Assembly (NCBI GenBank): GCA_044230075.1
Contig: JBGARS010000016.1
Location: 533-64,532, forward strand
Origin: Planctomycetota bacterium
Lineage (GTDB): Bacteria > Planctomycetota > UBA1135 > UBA2386
Direction of reading: 5' to 3'
DNA length: 64,000 nt
Positions within the stretch are counted from its first letter, which is position 1. Each line of letters opens with the position of its first letter. This document shows positions 49,474-61,836 of this stretch, piece by piece. Below the pieces are notes generated by a model. That model was not told the origin of the DNA and ran no database searches. It was given only the letters and a program-made list of their open reading frames with translations. The position numbers were made by a program, and so were the translations under genes.

Positions 49474-49669
49474 TTTTCGCGCCGCTGCCGCGCGGCTCTC
49501 GCCTCCACGGGCAATATCCCCGCACCGGATCCTTGATCCGAGCGATCGCGCGACGCGAAAGCCGATGCGGTTGCTACCGGTGTGCGGGCCACCAGCGTCG
49601 CGCGCGGCGGCGCGACCGGAGCATTCGACCGTGACCCCCGCATCCGATCCGATGATCTCCACCGCAGCG

Positions 49670-50287
49670 ATGCACCACCTCCCGTGCCGTGTCCGGCTGC
49701 GCGCCAGCGTGATCCTGCTGCATGGCTATGCGGCCAGGGCCGATACCCAGCTCGGTGATGGCGCGGCGTTCGTCGGCGACGGCATCGAGGTCGTGCTGCC
49801 CGATGCGCCCGGCCACGGTGGCCGCGAGGACGGACGCCTCGCGCGCATCGCCGCGCTGCCCGAGCAGCAGCGCATGGCGGCGATCCTCGACATCGCACGC
49901 GAATGGGTTGCGGAGCTGCCGGCGCTGGCGGCGCGATGTCGCGAACGCGGTGCCGAGCGGGTCGGGCTTGTGGGCGTTTCCATGGGCGGCTTCGCGGCGC
50001 TGGGTGCCTTGGCCGAGCCGTGTGTGTTCGACGCGGTCGCCGCGGTGCTTGCGGCGCCGGCGCTGGTCGACGCGGCGCGCCTGCTGGACGGGCGTCCGCC
50101 GCTGCTGCTCGGGTTGGCGGGACGGGATGTCGCGGTGCCGCCCGAGGCAGGGCGTCGCTTCGCGCGCGACTACGGCGCCGACTTGCACGAGTACCCGGAG
50201 TCCGGGCACTTCTTGCGCGGCGAAGACTGGTGTGACCTGTGGGATCGCACCGGCGCTTTCCTGCGCCGGCATCTCGTTGGTGGCTGA
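49670..50287 (+). CDS. Alpha/beta hydrolase
   Basis: LLHGY, PDAPGHGGR, GVSMGG, DVAVP, GHF. Start may be 49652. Confidence 0.75.
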   Translation: MHHLPCRVRLRASVILLHGYAARADTQLGDGAAFVGDGIEVVLPDAPGHGGREDGRLARIAALPEQQRMAAILDIAREWVAELPALAARCRERGAERVGLVGVSMGGFAALGALAEPCVFDAVAAVLAAPALVDAARLLDGRPPLLLGLAGRDVAVPPEAGRRFARDYGADLHEYPESGHFLRGEDWCDLWDRTGAFLRRHLVGG

Positions 50288-50410
50288 CGCGCGCGCCCGT
50301 GGACTGACCTGGGGTCATCCAGTCGCGGAGGGCACGATCGCTTCACCGGTGCAAGACACCGGGTGAGAGCGCTTGGCACCCGCGGTGAATGACGGTAAGG
50401 AGCACGACCC

Positions 50411-50590
50411 ATGAAGGAACGTTTCGAACGGCATCGCCAGGCTTGGACCGACAGCGAGATCCAGAAGCTCCGCTTCTTGGTCGAGAAAGGCATGAGCCTG
50501 AAGGCGATCAGCAAGTCGCTCACGCGCAGCGAGGAGTCCATCCTCGTCCGAGCCAAGCTCGACAAGTTGGTGATCGCGAAGAAGCGCTGA
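50411..50590 (+). CDS. Small basic protein with Myb/HTH-like WT.SE..KL motif
   Basis: SD TAAGGAG; 59 aa, WTDSEIQKLRFLVEKGMSLKAISKSLTRSEESI. Confidence 0.7.
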   Translation: MKERFERHRQAWTDSEIQKLRFLVEKGMSLKAISKSLTRSEESILVRAKLDKLVIAKKR

Positions 50591-50621
50591 CAACCGGCCC
50601 CGGCACAGCGCGCGTGTGAAC

Positions 50622-51491
50622 TCAGCCGCCCGCGGCCAGCCGGATCAGTGCACGCAACCGTTCGGGCGCCGTCGCCGTGGTCTTGCACACGAAGCCGCTC
50701 TTGTGCGCGAAGTGCACATCCGGCTCCGCTTCGACGCGCGAGAAGTCGAGGCGCGGGTCGTCCTCGTAGCGGCTGATGCCGTAGCCGGGGCCGCGGCGGT
50801 CCGGGTAGACGGTGGCGCCGATCTCGTTCTCGATGCCGGTGGCGCGCACGAAGCGCGCGACCGATCCGGACGGTTCGTCGGGCATGACATCGCCGCGCGG
50901 CAGGAACACGGTCCCGATCGCGTCGGCGCCCACGGCGACCGACCAGCGTTCGCAGCGTTCGGCGATCTCGTCGATGCTGCTGCGCACCTCGCGCAGGAAG
51001 TCGAGCAGGTCTTGGCCGACGAGGCGCATGTACTCGTAGAGCACCTCGCCGGGCACGTGCTCCGGTTGCTGGGCGAAGCGCCGCAGCAGGGTGGCGTCGA
51101 TCGGGGAGTGGAGTTGGGACACCGCGCGCCGCGGCACGCCGAGCCATTCGGCGGTCGCCTTGGGCCCGCGCGAATCGAACCACTCGGCGGGTTCGAGCCA
51201 ATCGCAGAAGGTGAGAGCGTCCTGGTAGACACCGAACGCATCCAGTACGAGGCTCAGCGAGCAGGTCGGCGCATGTTTGCGCGGGAAGTGGTGGTGGTCG
51301 TAGTTGTGCAGCGCCGGGTCGTGCGAGCCGCCGATGTCGACCAGTGCCACCGAGGGGTCGAGCCGTTCGGCCTCGGTCGGATCGCGCCGCACGACCGGGC
51401 AGCCGTGCTTCGCGATCAGCACGCAGCAGGCGAGCAGGTCGTCTTTGTGGGCGCCGCCGGGGTGGGTGACGATTCTCTGGAGCTCTGGCAT
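50622..51491 (-). CDS. MYG1/UPF0160-family (DHH-like) protein
   Basis: THPGGAHKDDLLAC, VDIGG.HDP..NYDHHH motifs. Confidence 0.8.
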   Translation of the reverse strand: MPELQRIVTHPGGAHKDDLLACCVLIAKHGCPVVRRDPTEAERLDPSVALVDIGGSHDPALHNYDHHHFPRKHAPTCSLSLVLDAFGVYQDALTFCDWLEPAEWFDSRGPKATAEWLGVPRRAVSQLHSPIDATLLRRFAQQPEHVPGEVLYEYMRLVGQDLLDFLREVRSSIDEIAERCERWSVAVGADAIGTVFLPRGDVMPDEPSGSVARFVRATGIENEIGATVYPDRRGPGYGISRYEDDPRLDFSRVEAEPDVHFAHKSGFVCKTTATAPERLRALIRLAAGG

Positions 51492-51697
51492 CGGCTGTGG
51501 GGGCTGGTTCTCGGGCGGGGGCTTCGGCGGCGATCAGACAGGGTGCCGGCGCGCACCTCCACTGCCGCTCGCCGGAGTTGCCGGGCCACCGGCACGCGAG
51601 CGCGACCCGCCGATGCGAACGGCAAGACGGCCGCAACGGGCCCTGCAGCGACAAGCATCTGCCCACAAGCTCCCTGCGTTCTGCGCCAAACAGATAC

Positions 51698-51726
51698 TTG
51701 ACTTAGTCCAGAATCAGAGTAAATCT
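51698..51726 (+). promoter_or_regulatory. fur promoter and probable FurA operator
   Basis: TTGACT (51698-51703)-N17-AAATCT, 7 nt before GTG. TTGACTTAGTCCAGAA resembles the mycobacterial furA operator as recalled. Confidence 0.6.
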
Positions 51727-51733
51727 TGGTCCC

Positions 51734-52177
51734 GTGGACGACCCTGTCTCTCGCCTGCGCGCCCACGGGCTGCAAGTCACCGCCCAGCGCATCGCCGTGC
51801 TGCGGGCTGTGGCAGTTCGCCCGCACTGCACGGCGGATGCGATCGCCGACGAAGTCCGCAGCGAGATCGGCGCGATCTCGCGCCAGGCGGTCTACGACTC
51901 GCTGCGGGTGCTGACCGAGAAGGGGCTGATCCGGCGCATCCAGCCCGCCGGCTCGCCCGGTCTCTACGACCCGCGGGTCGGCGACAACCACCACCACGTC
52001 ATCTGCCGCACCTGCGGCAAGACCGTCGACGTCGACTGCACCGTCGGCGTCGCGCCCTGCCTGACCGCCGACCAGTCCGATTTCCGGATCGACGAGGCGG
52101 AAGTGATCTTCTGGGGCACCTGTTCGGGATGTCTGGCGGCCGGAGATCCGGCGCCGACCTCCGACGCGGGTGCCTAG
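51734..52177 (+). CDS. furA: Fur-family regulator, FurA/PerR type
   Basis: [48 protein letters not shown]. Confidence 0.9.
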   Translation: MDDPVSRLRAHGLQVTAQRIAVLRAVAVRPHCTADAIADEVRSEIGAISRQAVYDSLRVLTEKGLIRRIQPAGSPGLYDPRVGDNHHHVICRTCGKTVDVDCTVGVAPCLTADQSDFRIDEAEVIFWGTCSGCLAAGDPAPTSDAGA

Positions 52178-52234
52178 CAAAGGACCGTGAGACCGAACCA
52201 CACCGTCGCCTTTCCAGGCAACCACGAGGAGTAG

Positions 52235-54673
<2,439 letters not shown>

Positions 54674-54681
54674 CGCGCGCC

Positions 54682-54708
54682 GTGGAGCCTCGCCTGCGGG
54701 GGCTCCAC
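54682..54708. terminator. Hairpin between convergent katG and arsG
   Basis: GTGGAGCC...GGCTCCAC stem. Confidence 0.55.
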
Positions 54709-54735
54709 GTTCGCCAGCATGCGCCGCGGCGCGCG

Positions 54736-55431
54736 TCAGCCCGGCAGCACGCCGAGCGTGTCGCGCGCGACCAGATACAGGCCGAGCAACAGCAGGACCG
54801 TGCCGGTGACGACGCGAATGCGCGGTTGCCAACGCACGATGCCGGCGCCGAAGCGACTCGCGAAGCCGGCGCCGATGGCGACGGCCACCGCGAAGACCCC
54901 GATCGGGATCGCCGTGCCGATGCCGTAGGCGATGACGGACGGGACCGCGGTCGGGCCGGCCAACGCCTGCGGCAGCAGGCTGCCGAAGAACAACGCCGCC
55001 GAGGTGGGGCAGAACGTCAGTGCGAACAGGCAGCCGAGCGTGAACTCGCCGAGCACGCCGAAGCGCGCCAGCCGTTCGGCGGTGCCCTGGCTCATGCCCT
55101 TGCCGCCCCACGGCAGCGGCAGCAGTTCGAGCAACACCATCGCCGTCAGCACCAGCAAGGGGCCGACGAACGGTGGCAGCCACTCCTGCAGCGAACGCGA
55201 CACCGTCGGTGCTCCCAGCGCGCCGAGGGCCAGGATGGCGGCGATCGCGCCGTAGGCGACGACGCGGCCGGCGGTGTAGGCCAGCGCGCCGAGCAGTGCG
55301 CGGCGCCGCGAAGCCGCATGGCGGGACAGCCACACGGTGGCCGCGAGATTGGTCGCCAACGGACACGGGCTCACGGCCGTGATCAGGCCGAGTACGAGAC
55401 CGCTGCCGGTGGTTGCCAGGATGCCGTGCAA
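54736..55431 (-). CDS. arsG: ArsG/CcdA-like membrane protein
   Basis: GLITAVSPCPLATN and ALTFCPTSAALFFG TM Cys motifs. Confidence 0.75.
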   Translation of the reverse strand: MHGILATTGSGLVLGLITAVSPCPLATNLAATVWLSRHAASRRRALLGALAYTAGRVVAYGAIAAILALGALGAPTVSRSLQEWLPPFVGPLLVLTAMVLLELLPLPWGGKGMSQGTAERLARFGVLGEFTLGCLFALTFCPTSAALFFGSLLPQALAGPTAVPSVIAYGIGTAIPIGVFAVAVAIGAGFASRFGAGIVRWQPRIRVVTGTVLLLLGLYLVARDTLGVLPG

Positions 55432-55435
55432 CCGG

Positions 55436-55903
55436 TCAGTTCCTGCCCAGGTAGTGCTCTACGGGTTCGCGCACGTAGGCGAAGAACTCGTCCGGCTCGT
55501 CGAGCAGCAGCCAGACGTCCTGCTGATTCGTCCACTCCGTCTCCGTGCCGTTCTCGTGGTGCGAGACGATCACCGTCTTGTTGGCGATCTCGTAGTCGTC
55601 GACGAAGTGCCGATTCTCGGGGCGATCGGTGTTCAGTACCCGGAACACGACGGCGCCGCTGGCGACCTCGTCCGGGAAGCCCGCCTCGATTGCCTGGCGA
55701 CTCAGCCTCTCGATCGTGCGGCACGAGTCGCAGCGCACATCGGTCGTGAAGTAGGTGACGACCACCGTCGCCGCCGTGTTCTCGGCATCGGATCCCGTGG
55801 CCGGCAGGGTGTCGCGCGGCTGTGCCTTCTGCAGCGCGTAGACACCGAGGCTGCCGAACACGATCCCCAGCAGCACCCAGCGCAGCACGGACTTGGCGGG
55901 CAT
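55436..55903 (-). CDS. arsF: ArsF-like thioredoxin-fold protein
   Basis: N-terminal TM helix; VVTYF...RCDSCRTIE CxxC. Confidence 0.75.
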   Translation of the reverse strand: MPAKSVLRWVLLGIVFGSLGVYALQKAQPRDTLPATGSDAENTAATVVVTYFTTDVRCDSCRTIERLSRQAIEAGFPDEVASGAVVFRVLNTDRPENRHFVDDYEIANKTVIVSHHENGTETEWTNQQDVWLLLDEPDEFFAYVREPVEHYLGRN

Positions 55904-55911
55904 CGGGGCCT

Positions 55912-56151
55912 TCAGCTCTTGGGCAGCAGTGCGAGCAATTCGTCGTGCTTGGGGACCTTGCCGGCGACGACGACCTTGCCGTCGACGACGAGGGCCGGAG
56001 TGACCATCACGCCGAAGTCGGCGAACTTCAGGAAGTCGGTGACCTTCTCGAGTTCGTAGGGAATGCCCAACTCGTCGGCGGCGGCCGTCGCCGCCTTGGT
56101 CAGGTTGACGCACTTGGTGCAGCCGGTGCCCAGGATCTGGAGTTTGTGCAT
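55912..56151 (-). CDS. arsE: MTH895/ArsE-family small thioredoxin-like protein
   Basis: ILGTGCTKC, YELEKVTD, GVMVTPALVVDG..V.AGKVP. Confidence 0.88.
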   Translation of the reverse strand: MHKLQILGTGCTKCVNLTKAATAAADELGIPYELEKVTDFLKFADFGVMVTPALVVDGKVVVAGKVPKHDELLALLPKS

Positions 56152-56160
56152 GATCGATTC

Positions 56161-57471
56161 TCAGGGGTTGGCCACGAGTCCGAATGCCCAGCCGGTGGCG
56201 GTGGCCAACAGGACCACGAGCAGGGCGAACGTGAGGGTCTTCTTCCAACCCAGGATGGAGGACAGCACCAGCATGCTCGGCAGGCTGAGTGCGGGGCCGG
56301 CGAGCAGCAGTGCCAACGCCGGGCCCTTGCCCATGCCGCTGCCGAGCAGACCCTGCAGGATCGGGATCTCGGTGAGCGTCGCGAAGTACATCAGCGCGCC
56401 GCACAGCGAGGCGAGGAACGTCGCGAGCAGCGAGTTGCCGCCGACCGCCACAGCGATCCAATCGCTCGGGATCAGTGCCTCGTGCCCCGGGCGTCCCAGC
56501 AGAAAACCAGCGACGAGCACGCCACCGATCAGCAGCGGGAAGATCAGCTTGGCGTAGCTCCAGGTCTGGTCGAACCACTCGCCGGCTTCGCCATCCTGGC
56601 CGCACGTGCTGACGGCCAGGCCGCCGACGGCGACCAGCATCGCGAGTTCGGGATGATCGGGAACGGCGATCGCCACCAGGGCGACGGCGGCGATCGACAG
56701 CAACAGGCGCTTGCCCGGCAACCCGATCCAGCGCCACGCCATGCCGGCGAAGGCGAGCCCCGCGACCGCCGTCAGCGGCCACTTCACCGCGAACACGGCG
56801 GCGAAGAAGCCCTCCGGCTGCCGCGGGTTGGCCCAGTTCGCGAACACCAGCACGGCGACCATCGACGCGAAGAACAGCGCCGTCTGCCAGAGCGGTCGGG
56901 ACGCTGGCGGCACCGGCAGCGCCGCCATCTCGGCGGTGCGTTGCTGCTGTTCGCCGCGGAACAAGCGTGCCATCAAGAGGCCGATCACGACGCTGAACAG
57001 CACGGCAGTGACCGCGCGCGCGAATCCCAGTTCGAAGCCGAGGATCTTCGCCGTCAGCACGATCGCGAGCACGTTGATCGCCGGTCCGGAGTAGAGGAAG
57101 GTGCTCGCCGGGCCGAGGCCGGCTCCCATGCGGTAGATGCCGGCGAACAGCGGCAGGACCGTGCAGGAGCAGACGGCGAGGATCGTGCCCGAGACGGATG
57201 CGACACCGTAGGCCAGCGTGCGGTTGGCCTTCGGGCCGAGGTAGCGGATCACCGAGGACTGCGACACGAAGGCGGCGATCGCGCCCGCGATCCAGAACGC
57301 CGGCAGCAGGCACAGCACGACGTGTTCGCGCGCGTAGTCGTGCGCGAGGTGCAGCGACTCGGCGACGGCGCCGTCGAAGCGCGCGGTGCCGATCGGCAGG
57401 AAGTACAGCCCGGCGAAGATCGCGGCGTAGAGCAGCAGGCGCAGCCATTCCCGGCGGGTCTCGGGGCTCAT
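56161..57471 (-). CDS. arsP: ArsP/DUF318-family permease
   Basis: AVCSCTVLPLF, FLYSGPAIN, MYFATLTEIPI, LLLAGPALSLP. Confidence 0.85.
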   Translation of the reverse strand: MSPETRREWLRLLLYAAIFAGLYFLPIGTARFDGAVAESLHLAHDYAREHVVLCLLPAFWIAGAIAAFVSQSSVIRYLGPKANRTLAYGVASVSGTILAVCSCTVLPLFAGIYRMGAGLGPASTFLYSGPAINVLAIVLTAKILGFELGFARAVTAVLFSVVIGLLMARLFRGEQQQRTAEMAALPVPPASRPLWQTALFFASMVAVLVFANWANPRQPEGFFAAVFAVKWPLTAVAGLAFAGMAWRWIGLPGKRLLLSIAAVALVAIAVPDHPELAMLVAVGGLAVSTCGQDGEAGEWFDQTWSYAKLIFPLLIGGVLVAGFLLGRPGHEALIPSDWIAVAVGGNSLLATFLASLCGALMYFATLTEIPILQGLLGSGMGKGPALALLLAGPALSLPSMLVLSSILGWKKTLTFALLVVLLATATGWAFGLVANP

Positions 57472-57487
57472 CGCGTCGCTCCGTTCG

Positions 57488-57802
57488 TCAGCTGCAACAC
57501 GTGCGCACCTCGACCTGCCGGCCCCTGGCCGCAGCCAGAAGGCAATTCGCGAAGGTCGCCACGCATGGCAGCGCCAGACGGTAGACGACCCGGTTGCCCT
57601 GCTTCGTGCTGGCGACGATGCCGGCGTCACGCAGCACGGCGAGATGCTCGGAGACGGTGCTCCACGACGATCCCACCAGTTCGCGCAGCTCGTGGACGCA
57701 GGCGTCGCTGTGGGCCAGTGCCTGTGCGATCTGCAGGCGCGCGTCGTGCCCGAGGGCGCGGAACACGCGCACGGGATCGATGGTGAGACCGCTCGAAGTC
57801 AC
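57488..57802 (-). CDS. arsR: ArsR/SmtB-family repressor
   Basis: FRALGH.ARL, CVHEL, STVSEHLAVLRDAGIV, VVYRL; C-terminal CCS. Confidence 0.9.
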   Translation of the reverse strand: MTSSGLTIDPVRVFRALGHDARLQIAQALAHSDACVHELRELVGSSWSTVSEHLAVLRDAGIVASTKQGNRVVYRLALPCVATFANCLLAAARGRQVEVRTCCS

Positions 57803-57887
57803 GCCGGGATCGTGCGCCGTTTCGCCAGATGACGAAATGCGGACTAGAGCCCCTTCGCGCGGTGACTTGGGAGCAGCCGCACCGGGA

Positions 57888-59204
57888 TCAGCCCTGCGGC
57901 TGGATCATGTGCACGTCGCGCTGCGGGAACGGGATCGAGATCCCCTCCTTGTCGAAGCGCTGCTTGACGGCCTTGTGGAACTCCCAGTGCAGCGCCCAGT
58001 AGTCGCTCGTCTTGACCCACGGCCGGGCGACGAAGTTCACCGACGAGTCGCCCAACTCGTGCACCTCGACGACCGGTGCCGGGTCCTTCAGCACCTTCGG
58101 GTGCGTGGTGAAGATCTCGGTCAGCACGGCCTTCACCTTGTCGAGGTCGTCGCCGTAGCTGACGCCGAATTTCAGGTCGAGGCGGCGCGTCGGGTTGGCG
58201 GTGACGTTGGTGATGACGCCGCCCCAGATCGAGCCGTTCGGCACGACGATCAGCTGGTTGTCGGGCGTCTTGATCGACGTCGACACCAGGTTCATCGACG
58301 CGACGGTGCCCGACACGCCGGCCGCGGTGACGTAGTCGCCGATGTCGTACGGGCGGTAGATCAGCACCATGATGCCGGCGGCGAAGTTCTGCAGCGTGCC
58401 CTGCAGCGCGAAGCCGATGATGAAGCCGGCGGCGCCGATCGCGGCGACCAGCGGCGCGATGTTGACGCCGATGTAGGACAGCGCGATCACGATGCCGACG
58501 AACGACACCAGCTTGCGCGTCGCGTTGACGCAGAAGTCGCGCAGCAGATCGGAGGTCTTCTTCAGCCGCCGCACGGCACGATCGAGCAGCCCGGCGAGGA
58601 TCGCCGCGAGGATGCGGAACGCAATCAGCACGCCGAGGAACTGACCGATGCTGATCAACAGGCGCAGGCCGCCGTCGACGGAGAACAGCCAGGCCTTGGC
58701 CTCGGACCACGCGGACTGCAGGCCGGTCACCTCGAGCTGCACGCCGCCGCTGATCGAGTCGACGTACTTCCGGGCCTCCTCGGTGTCGACGCCCTTGTCC
58801 TTCGCAGTCTCGATCACCGCGCGGACCCGCTCGACGATGGCGTCGCGCTCGGCGCGCAGTGCGACGAGTTGCTGGCTCAGGCGATCGATGTCGGCGTTGT
58901 TGCCAGCGGCCTCCGTCGTGCGGCGCCCGATCTCGGTCGCGGCGAGTTCCATGGCCTTGGCCTGCAACGTGCCGAGCCACGCTTCGAGCCGCTGCTCGAT
59001 CTCGGCCTTGCGCATCGGCCGCAGCTCCGACCGGAGGTTCGCGGGGTCGACCTTCGGATCCTGGACGATCGCCGGCACCGACGCGGCGGGCTTCGCTTCG
59101 GGCGGCGGCTGTTGCGGTGCGGCCTGCGCGCCGGCGGGCAGGGCGAAACAAGCCAGGGCGAACGCCGTGGCGACGGCGACGCTCACGCGACGGGGGCTGG
59201 GCAT
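57888..59204 (-). CDS. mscS: MscS-family mechanosensitive channel with exported N-terminal domain
   Basis: Signal peptide ...PAGA|QA; GFIIGFALQGTLQNFAAG, RPYDIGD, VPNGSIW, FDKEGISIPFPQRDVH. Confidence 0.9.
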   Translation of the reverse strand: MPSPRRVSVAVATAFALACFALPAGAQAAPQQPPPEAKPAASVPAIVQDPKVDPANLRSELRPMRKAEIEQRLEAWLGTLQAKAMELAATEIGRRTTEAAGNNADIDRLSQQLVALRAERDAIVERVRAVIETAKDKGVDTEEARKYVDSISGGVQLEVTGLQSAWSEAKAWLFSVDGGLRLLISIGQFLGVLIAFRILAAILAGLLDRAVRRLKKTSDLLRDFCVNATRKLVSFVGIVIALSYIGVNIAPLVAAIGAAGFIIGFALQGTLQNFAAGIMVLIYRPYDIGDYVTAAGVSGTVASMNLVSTSIKTPDNQLIVVPNGSIWGGVITNVTANPTRRLDLKFGVSYGDDLDKVKAVLTEIFTTHPKVLKDPAPVVEVHELGDSSVNFVARPWVKTSDYWALHWEFHKAVKQRFDKEGISIPFPQRDVHMIQPQG

Positions 59205-59350
59205 GTGGGTTCCTGGTCGAGAATCGGGGGGTTGTGGCATGGCGGTCCGTGACGGCGGGCGGCGCCGCGAGGGCCGGACATCCTCTGTTTGCGGTCGGCG
59301 AGGGCAAGGTCGAAATCGCCGGGCGCACGATCCGACGCCGGCGGCAGCGA

Positions 59351-60931
59351 CTACCAGACGCGCTTCGGCATGCCGAGTCGCTCGCGTGCGTCGTCGATCA
59401 ACGCGCGCAGCCATTCGGCGACGTACTTCCAGTCGGCACAGAGTTCTTCCGCGCGCTGCAGGTTGGTGCGCGCGGCCGCCGCGTCGGTGGCGGCGAGCAG
59501 ACCGGCAAGCCGTGCGGGATACTCCGGCGACTGGCTGTGGGCGGCGGCGAACGCGAGCACGACGATCGCCTGTTCCGGTTGCGTCGTCGACCAGTGGTAG
59601 CCGAATGCGCCGATGGACGTAAGGCTGCCGCCGCTCAGCATCGCCGCGACCGAGGCCGCTGCGGGACTCTCGTAGCTGCGTCCGTCCGCCGCGCGGATCA
59701 GCAGGACCTGGCCGACGTACAGCCCGAGTGCCAGGGTGCCGAACAGCAGTGCCTGGCCGACCCTGCGCTGCGGCGGCAGCGGGCGTTCGTAGTCGGGCGT
59801 GACGCCGGCGGCCAGCATGCGGTCGTAGAGGTGTGGGTGCGCGCGCCGCTTGCCCGGCATCACGGCCGGCACGAGGTTGAGTTCGTAGAGGCGTTCGAGA
59901 CTGCGCGCGTAGAGGCCGCCTTCGTGCTCCGTCTCGTGCTCGAGGGCGTGTTCGTCGGCCTGGGCCTCGAGGCGCCTGGCAGCTCGCGCGGCGAGCAATG
60001 CGCTGAGGAAGACGGCCAGCAGCAGGCCCGCCGACCCGACCGGACCGAGCACATCGACGAGCGGTCGTGCCAGACCGAGCATGGCGAAGAAGCCGACGGC
60101 GATCGCGCGTTTCCACCCGTCGCGGCGGGTCTCCTTCAGGTGTCCGAATTCGTGGAGCAGGATCGCCACAAGCTCGGCGTCCGTCATCACCGCGAGGGCG
60201 CGGGTCGTCACCAACACCTCGTTCGAACGCGGCAGGGCCGCCGCATTCGCCATCGGCGTGCGCACGATCCACGCGCGCCGGACGGTGTGGGCGCTGCGGC
60301 GTCCTGCCTCGTCGACGATCGCCTGCAGGCGCCGATCCGCCGGTGTCGCCATGCCGATTCCGCGCGCGAGCACGAGGCCGCCGCCACGCAGCAGCCAGGC
60401 CATCAGCGCCAGGCCGCCGCCGTAGACCAGCATGAACCGCCACTCGTTGCCGGGAAACGTCGAGGGGCCGCCGAGCAGCATCAGCAATGCCACCACGGGG
60501 ATCGGCAGGAAGATCACCAGCAGGAACAGCTGGCCGTGCACGTAGTCGCCCACGCTCAGCCACGGCATTACGCGGCGAGCGCGATGGTGGGCGATCACGC
60601 GACTGCCCAGCCAGACCAGCAGGCCGGCGAGTTCGGGCCGCAGGTGCGACGGGTCCGGGGTCAAGACGCCCGTCGCCAGTCCGGCTGTCAGCACTCCGGC
60701 CAGCATCGATTGCGTGAAGACCTGCGCCTGGAACAGCCGGTTGGCGGCGAAGTGCAGCCGGGCGACTTCGGTCCAGTGACGACCGGTGAGCGGCACGCGG
60801 TTGCAGCGCGCGCACAGCCAGATCGAGAGCCAGCCGATCGTGCAGGCCAGCAGCGGTGTGGCGATCCAGGCGCCGAGGTCGACCCACCACGGCAGCAGCG
60901 CACGGACGGCAGCGAGATCCGGGGTCGGCAA
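59351..60931 (-). CDS. M48-family membrane metalloprotease
   Basis: ANAAAL, ELVAILLHEFGHL, EAQAD, HP.LYDR; several TM helices. Confidence 0.85.
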   Translation of the reverse strand: MPTPDLAAVRALLPWWVDLGAWIATPLLACTIGWLSIWLCARCNRVPLTGRHWTEVARLHFAANRLFQAQVFTQSMLAGVLTAGLATGVLTPDPSHLRPELAGLLVWLGSRVIAHHRARRVMPWLSVGDYVHGQLFLLVIFLPIPVVALLMLLGGPSTFPGNEWRFMLVYGGGLALMAWLLRGGGLVLARGIGMATPADRRLQAIVDEAGRRSAHTVRRAWIVRTPMANAAALPRSNEVLVTTRALAVMTDAELVAILLHEFGHLKETRRDGWKRAIAVGFFAMLGLARPLVDVLGPVGSAGLLLAVFLSALLAARAARRLEAQADEHALEHETEHEGGLYARSLERLYELNLVPAVMPGKRRAHPHLYDRMLAAGVTPDYERPLPPQRRVGQALLFGTLALGLYVGQVLLIRAADGRSYESPAAASVAAMLSGGSLTSIGAFGYHWSTTQPEQAIVVLAFAAAHSQSPEYPARLAGLLAATDAAAARTNLQRAEELCADWKYVAEWLRALIDDARERLGMPKRVW

Positions 60932-60941
60932 CGGCAGCCCT

Positions 60942-61685
60942 CTATCGTCCCGCGAGAAAACCGAAGCGTTGGAACACGAACTCGGGCAGCGTGCGCACGA
61001 TCGCCATCACGATGGCCCACGAGCGCGGCAGGTAGACGACATGCCAGCGTCGTTCCATGGCGTCCACGATGCCGCGCGCGACGCGCCGTTTCTCGCCCCA
61101 GAGGAAGTTCTGCGGGTGACCGGCGGTCATCGGCGTCTCGACGGGGCCGAGCTTGATGTTGTGCACGCGTACGCCCTTGCCGTACAGGCGGCTGCGCAGG
61201 CCCTCGAGGTAGCAGCTCAGCGCGCGCTTCGATGCGCCGTAGGTGTAGTTGCGCGGGCGGCCGCGTTCGCCGGCGACCGAGGTGATCGCGGCGAGGTGCC
61301 CGCTGCCCTGGGACTCGAAGTGGTCGGCCAGCGGCAGCAGCAGGGCGACGGCGCTGACGAAGTTGGTGTCGACGAGTTCGCGCGCGTAGGCGACGTCGTG
61401 TTCGCTGCGAGCCTGGTCGCCGAGATCGCCGTGCGCGATCAGCGCGCGATCGAGACCACCGAGCGCGGCGATCGCTCGCTGCATCCGCGCACCCGCCTGG
61501 TCGAATGCGTTGAGATCGGCGCTCTCGTGCCCCACGACTGCGTCACCGAGGGAATCGAGCAACTGTCGCAGCTTGCGTGCATCGCGCCCGACGAGGTACA
61601 GGCGGTCGCCGCGGGCCGCGCAGATGGCTGCGACTTCCGCGGCGATCGCCGAGGTGGCGCCGAGGATCAGGGTTCTGCGTTGCAC
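60942..61685 (-). CDS. Short-chain dehydrogenase, DprE2-like
   Basis: ILGATSAIA, SVAGERGR..NYTYGASK, GPVETPMT. Confidence 0.85.
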   Translation of the reverse strand: MQRRTLILGATSAIAAEVAAICAARGDRLYLVGRDARKLRQLLDSLGDAVVGHESADLNAFDQAGARMQRAIAALGGLDRALIAHGDLGDQARSEHDVAYARELVDTNFVSAVALLLPLADHFESQGSGHLAAITSVAGERGRPRNYTYGASKRALSCYLEGLRSRLYGKGVRVHNIKLGPVETPMTAGHPQNFLWGEKRRVARGIVDAMERRWHVVYLPRSWAIVMAIVRTLPEFVFQRFGFLAGR

Positions 61686-61836
61686 GGGTGGTGAGGGGAA
61701 AGCGAGCGGTTGGTGATGGTCGGCGGCCGCAGGCGTCGCCGTGGCTGCAGGGGGAGGCTACCCTTCGCGGTCGCTGCCGCGCCGCCGGCGCCGAGCATTC
61801 CTCCTGGCGGGGCCGTTGCGCCGATACCCGATTGCC

